Shown here: positions 60,931 to 64,000 of the stretch, one piece after another
Layout of the letters: every line of letters starts with the position of its first letter
Numbering within the stretch: position 1 is the stretch's first letter
NCBI GenBank assembly: GCA_045632085.1
Contig: JAZQVY010000025.1
Span: forward strand, 1,541-65,540
Source: Alistipes sp.
GTDB taxonomy: Bacteria > Bacteroidota > Bacteroidia > Bacteroidales > Rikenellaceae
Reading direction: 5' to 3'
Length of the DNA stretch: 64,000 bases
The notes under the pieces: generated by a model
Told to the model about the DNA's origin: nothing
Databases searched by the model: none
Seen by the model: only the letters and a program-made list of their open reading frames with translations
Program-made: the position numbers and the translations under genes

Positions 60931-61269
60931 AGTTTATAAGGGTTTTTGGTTTTGTTTACTATCAATATATGGATTGCATCTGGTGGCAATCCGTTTGCCA
61001 AACTGAGATGAACAAATCCTTTGCCACGCCCCCAAATAGGCAATCGAACCGCCGTTATGACATACATTGTCAGATGAAATATGACGCAATCCGACATTTT
61101 GACATATCGAGACAGTTCAGCACATTTTCTTATGCCCACCTCTTCGATTGGCACAAAAAAATTCCCTCTGCCCGAAGACAGAGGGACCACAAAAAACCAG
61201 CATAGAGTCAGCGGCATATTGAGAAAGTGTGTGAAAAGCCGCCGAGGCTCTATATCTTGCTCCGTACGA

Positions 61270-62691
61270 CTAATGTTGCAAGCGACGCTCGCGCATTATA
61301 CGAGCCTCCTTACCCCACGTTACGGCGCATATCAAAGTGGCTACCACGCAGCCAATAATAAACAACCAGAATGTTGCACCCCAGCCAAGCTCTACATTAC
61401 CTGCAACCTGACCCACGACAATCTTAGACAAAAGTGCATCACCCAACAAGTAACCAAACAGACCTACGAATCCTGCTGCAGTACCAGCCGCATTCTTTGG
61501 TACAAAGCTCAGAGCCTGGATACCGATAAGTGCGATAGGACCATAGACTGCAAAGCCTGTGAGGCCGAGCGACAGATATACCACCGCCTTGAGCATAGCC
61601 TCGCCACCGCCCAGAACACCTGCAACGGCCTCTGCCTGCCAGTAGCACAAGATGCCCACAAGCACCATCAGCATATAGATAACATTCACCGGAGCGCATC
61701 TTCCGCTAAAGAACTTCGACGACATCCAGCCACAGATAATAGTGCCAGGGATACCGGCATACTCAAACAGAGAGAATGCAAAACGACTCTCATCAGGCGA
61801 GAGAATCTGCATCTCCTGCAGATAGGTTGGAGCCCAGTCACTCACACCATAGCGGATGAAATAGACAAACACATTGGCTATGGCAATCATCCACAAGAGG
61901 TGATTCTTGAAGACATAATCGACAAACAGACGGCGGAAAGGAATCTTCTGCTCCTCGCCCTTAGCAGCCTTGCGGCTTGTGTAGTCGTTACGATACTCCT
62001 CGATAGAAGGCAGACCGCATGACTCAGGCGTATCACGCAAAGTCCACCAGCAGAACGCAGCAAAGCACAACGCCACAACAGATGGGAAGATGAAGGCTGC
62101 ACGCCAGCTCTCCGCAATACCCATAGCGGCAAAGGTCGTAATACCCAACGACACCAGCAGAGCCAACGAGCCACCACCCACATTGTGTGAGCAGTTCCAA
62201 ATCGACATCTTGAAGCTGCGCTCATTCTGCGAGAACCAGTGAGCCATAACTCGACCGCAAGGAGGCCAGCCCATACCCGATAGCCAACCCACTGCCAACA
62301 TAAAGGCAAACAGGATTCCGGCATTCACAGCTATAGAAGCCGAGTAAGGCACCAAGCCCACGGCCATCATCACGCTCGACGCGATGATAAGGCCCACAAC
62401 GAGGAACTTTCTGGCATCGGAGTGGTCAGACAGACTACCCATCAAAAACTTACTGAATGCATAAGCGATGGGGATACCCGCCATAGCAAAACCTGCACTC
62501 TCCTTATCGAGCAGACCCTCGGCCATCATACCTGGGGCTGCCAACGAGAGGTTCTTGCGCACAAGGTAGTAGGCCGCATATCCGAAGAATGCACCCAAGA
62601 ACACCTTCAATCGCATTGAGCGGTACTCCTTATCAATCTTATCGGCCGCCAAACGCTCGCGTGGAGCAGGCGGAGAAAAAAAGTCAAACAT
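61270..62691 (-). CDS. glpT: Glycerol-3-phosphate transporter (MFS, OPA family)
   Basis: GYAAYYLVRKN, GMGWPPCGR..HWFS..ER, WNCSHNVGG, RYG..DWAP.YL. Confidence 0.9.
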   Translation of the reverse strand: MFDFFSPPAPRERLAADKIDKEYRSMRLKVFLGAFFGYAAYYLVRKNLSLAAPGMMAEGLLDKESAGFAMAGIPIAYAFSKFLMGSLSDHSDARKFLVVGLIIASSVMMAVGLVPYSASIAVNAGILFAFMLAVGWLSGMGWPPCGRVMAHWFSQNERSFKMSIWNCSHNVGGGSLALLVSLGITTFAAMGIAESWRAAFIFPSVVALCFAAFCWWTLRDTPESCGLPSIEEYRNDYTSRKAAKGEEQKIPFRRLFVDYVFKNHLLWMIAIANVFVYFIRYGVSDWAPTYLQEMQILSPDESRFAFSLFEYAGIPGTIICGWMSSKFFSGRCAPVNVIYMLMVLVGILCYWQAEAVAGVLGGGEAMLKAVVYLSLGLTGFAVYGPIALIGIQALSFVPKNAAGTAAGFVGLFGYLLGDALLSKIVVGQVAGNVELGWGATFWLFIIGCVVATLICAVTWGKEARIMRERRLQH

Positions 62692-62761
62692 AGCTTAACG
62701 GTTATTAGTTTATGCAATAACTCAAGACACACACAAAGTGTGATGCCTGTCGCGATTATTG

Positions 62762-62970
62762 AGAAGTTGTATAACAAGAGCTATTTTACCCGACCGCAAG
62801 GGTCGTGTTTCCTCCTCGCGGCTCGGCAAAGTAAACAAGTTTACTCTGCTCTCGCTCCGCAGCGTCGGTTGAGGCTGGTCGAAGACCGAGAATCCGCAGT
62901 TTACTAAAGTGTAAATGAGGAATTCGAGGTCGAGCCAGACGCCAAAAGAGCCTTGTTAGACGACTTCTTA
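62762..62970 (+). repeat. Full ERIC/RPE-like element with nested insert, ending at the glpD stop
   Basis: Arms AGAAGTTGTATAACAAG / CTTGTTAGACGACTTCT; core CCGCAGTTTAC taaagt GTAAATGAGGA. Confidence 0.85.
62788..62870. repeat. Second small palindromic element nested inside the first
   Basis: 83 nt extra between GAGCTATTTT and GAGG relative to the 39376 copy; own hairpins CGACC gcaa GGGTCG and GCAAAGTAAAC aa GTTTACTCTGC. Confidence 0.75.
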
Positions 62971-64000
62971 GCAAACAATATAGTTGTTCGACACTTTAGT
63001 GAACGACTCAACCTGCTCGTCAATCCAAGCCTTATCCTTGCCCATCTCCTCGGCCATAACCTCGGCAACCTTGCGGGTAGCCTTCTGGGCCTCACGAGCA
63101 TCGACAAACAACAGACGCACACGGCGTGCCAAAACATCCTCTACAGTGAGAGCCATCTCATTACGGATAGCCCAGATAACCTCGGCCAATGTGTAGCCAT
63201 ACTTCTCGCTGATAAGCTCGCCCAAAGCTGGGTTCTCCTTAATCATTGCGCGGATAGCAGGCTCGTCGCTACCATATACATACATATGGTCGGCCAAGTT
63301 TGGATTTGGACGCCAGCCGTGAACCTTTAATTTGCGAGTTACGCACTTGCGCTTCTCGATCTTACCCAACTCGATAGCCTTGTCGACTGTATCCTCGGCC
63401 ATACGGCGATATGAAGTCCACTTACCACCAGTGATGGTAATAAGGTCGTGATCCGAAACGATAATTTTGTGGCTACGCGATACCTCCTTTGAGCTCTTAC
63501 CCTCTTTCTTGGGTGCCGCCAAAGGACGCTGACCAGCAAATACCGACACGATATCCTTGCGGGTAGGAGCTGGATTCATATAGAGACCAGCCGTACCGAG
63601 GATGAAGTCAATCTCCTCCTCGAGTGGCTTTGGCTCGCTCTCGGCTACAGGACGCTGGATGTCGGTTGTGCCGACAACCACCTTGTCGTGCCAAGGCACT
63701 GCGAAGAGCACACGGCCATCAGATGTCTTAGGTACCATGATAGCATAATCGCTCTGCAAGAACTTCATATCGAGCACAAGGTGAACACCCTGGCTTGGAA
63801 CAACCATCTTTGGCATATTAGGCTCATCCATCTGCATCACCTCGTCAACGAAGATACCAGCAGCGTTGATTACCGCCTTAGCCTTTACGGTATACTCCTT
63901 GTCGTTCAAAAGATCGCGCACCACAACGCCGCAAGCCTTGCCGTTGCTATCGTGCAAAACCTTCTCGACAGCTGTATAGTTGGCAACCACAGCACCCTGC
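62968..64000 (-). CDS. glpD: FAD-dependent glycerol-3-phosphate dehydrogenase, 5' part outside the window
   Basis: VINAAG, PSQGVHL, DGRVLFAVPW, GTTD, AG.RPL, GGKWT.YR.MA, ED.LARR; upstream of glpT. Confidence 0.9.
   Translation of the reverse strand, partial: QGAVVANYTAVEKVLHDSNGKACGVVVRDLLNDKEYTVKAKAVINAAGIFVDEVMQMDEPNMPKMVVPSQGVHLVLDMKFLQSDYAIMVPKTSDGRVLFAVPWHDKVVVGTTDIQRPVAESEPKPLEEEIDFILGTAGLYMNPAPTRKDIVSVFAGQRPLAAPKKEGKSSKEVSRSHKIIVSDHDLITITGGKWTSYRRMAEDTVDKAIELGKIEKRKCVTRKLKVHGWRPNPNLADHMYVYGSDEPAIRAMIKENPALGELISEKYGYTLAEVIWAIRNEMALTVEDVLARRVRLLFVDAREAQKATRKVAEVMAEEMGKDKAWIDEQVESFTKVSNNYIVC

Noticed and set aside
59587-62022. Plus-strand ORFs of 294 and 313 aa
   Set aside because: Antisense shadows of clpB and glpT.
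62762-62970. Fold-back element as a group II intron domain V or hammerhead ribozyme
   Set aside because: No convincing domain V hairpin or CTGATGA/GAAA hammerhead core found by eye on either strand.

Overview
Chromosomal window from a Bacteroidota genome. Gene content and TAnnTTTG -7 promoter boxes point to an Alistipes/Rikenellaceae-like organism (inference). It is mostly housekeeping and envelope genes: Btu/Fec-type ABC transporter, tRNA-Leu(GAG), DPP11-type S46 peptidase, SQR-like flavoprotein, Fe-S D-lactate dehydrogenase, yebC, tsaC, cstA, ridA, nrdJ, ompA, dciA-recF, mdh, gcvH, birA, lysC, PBP1A, asd, fumarase, batD-batE-recR, an ECF sigma cluster, clpB, glpT and glpD. I saw no CRISPR array, transposase, integrase or rRNA. 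The most striking unexplained signal is a family of ~120-bp non-coding fold-back elements with an ERIC/RPE-1-like core (CCGCAG-stem-loop-TGAGGA). It has at least 8 full or partial copies, all in the same orientation, mostly abutting or supplying the stop codon of a minus-strand gene. Their terminal arms covary, and G-T wobbles indicate that the strand antisense to the host gene is the one that folds. One copy carries a second nested element. Other oddities: a catalytically stripped RibH-like ORF, an orphan DUF4435 (AriB-like TOPRIM) gene, three Tat-like signals that all lack the second arginine, a secreted two-repeat orphan protein and an AT-rich DUF4041-like gene at the left edge. Family assignments come from motif recognition, not database searches.
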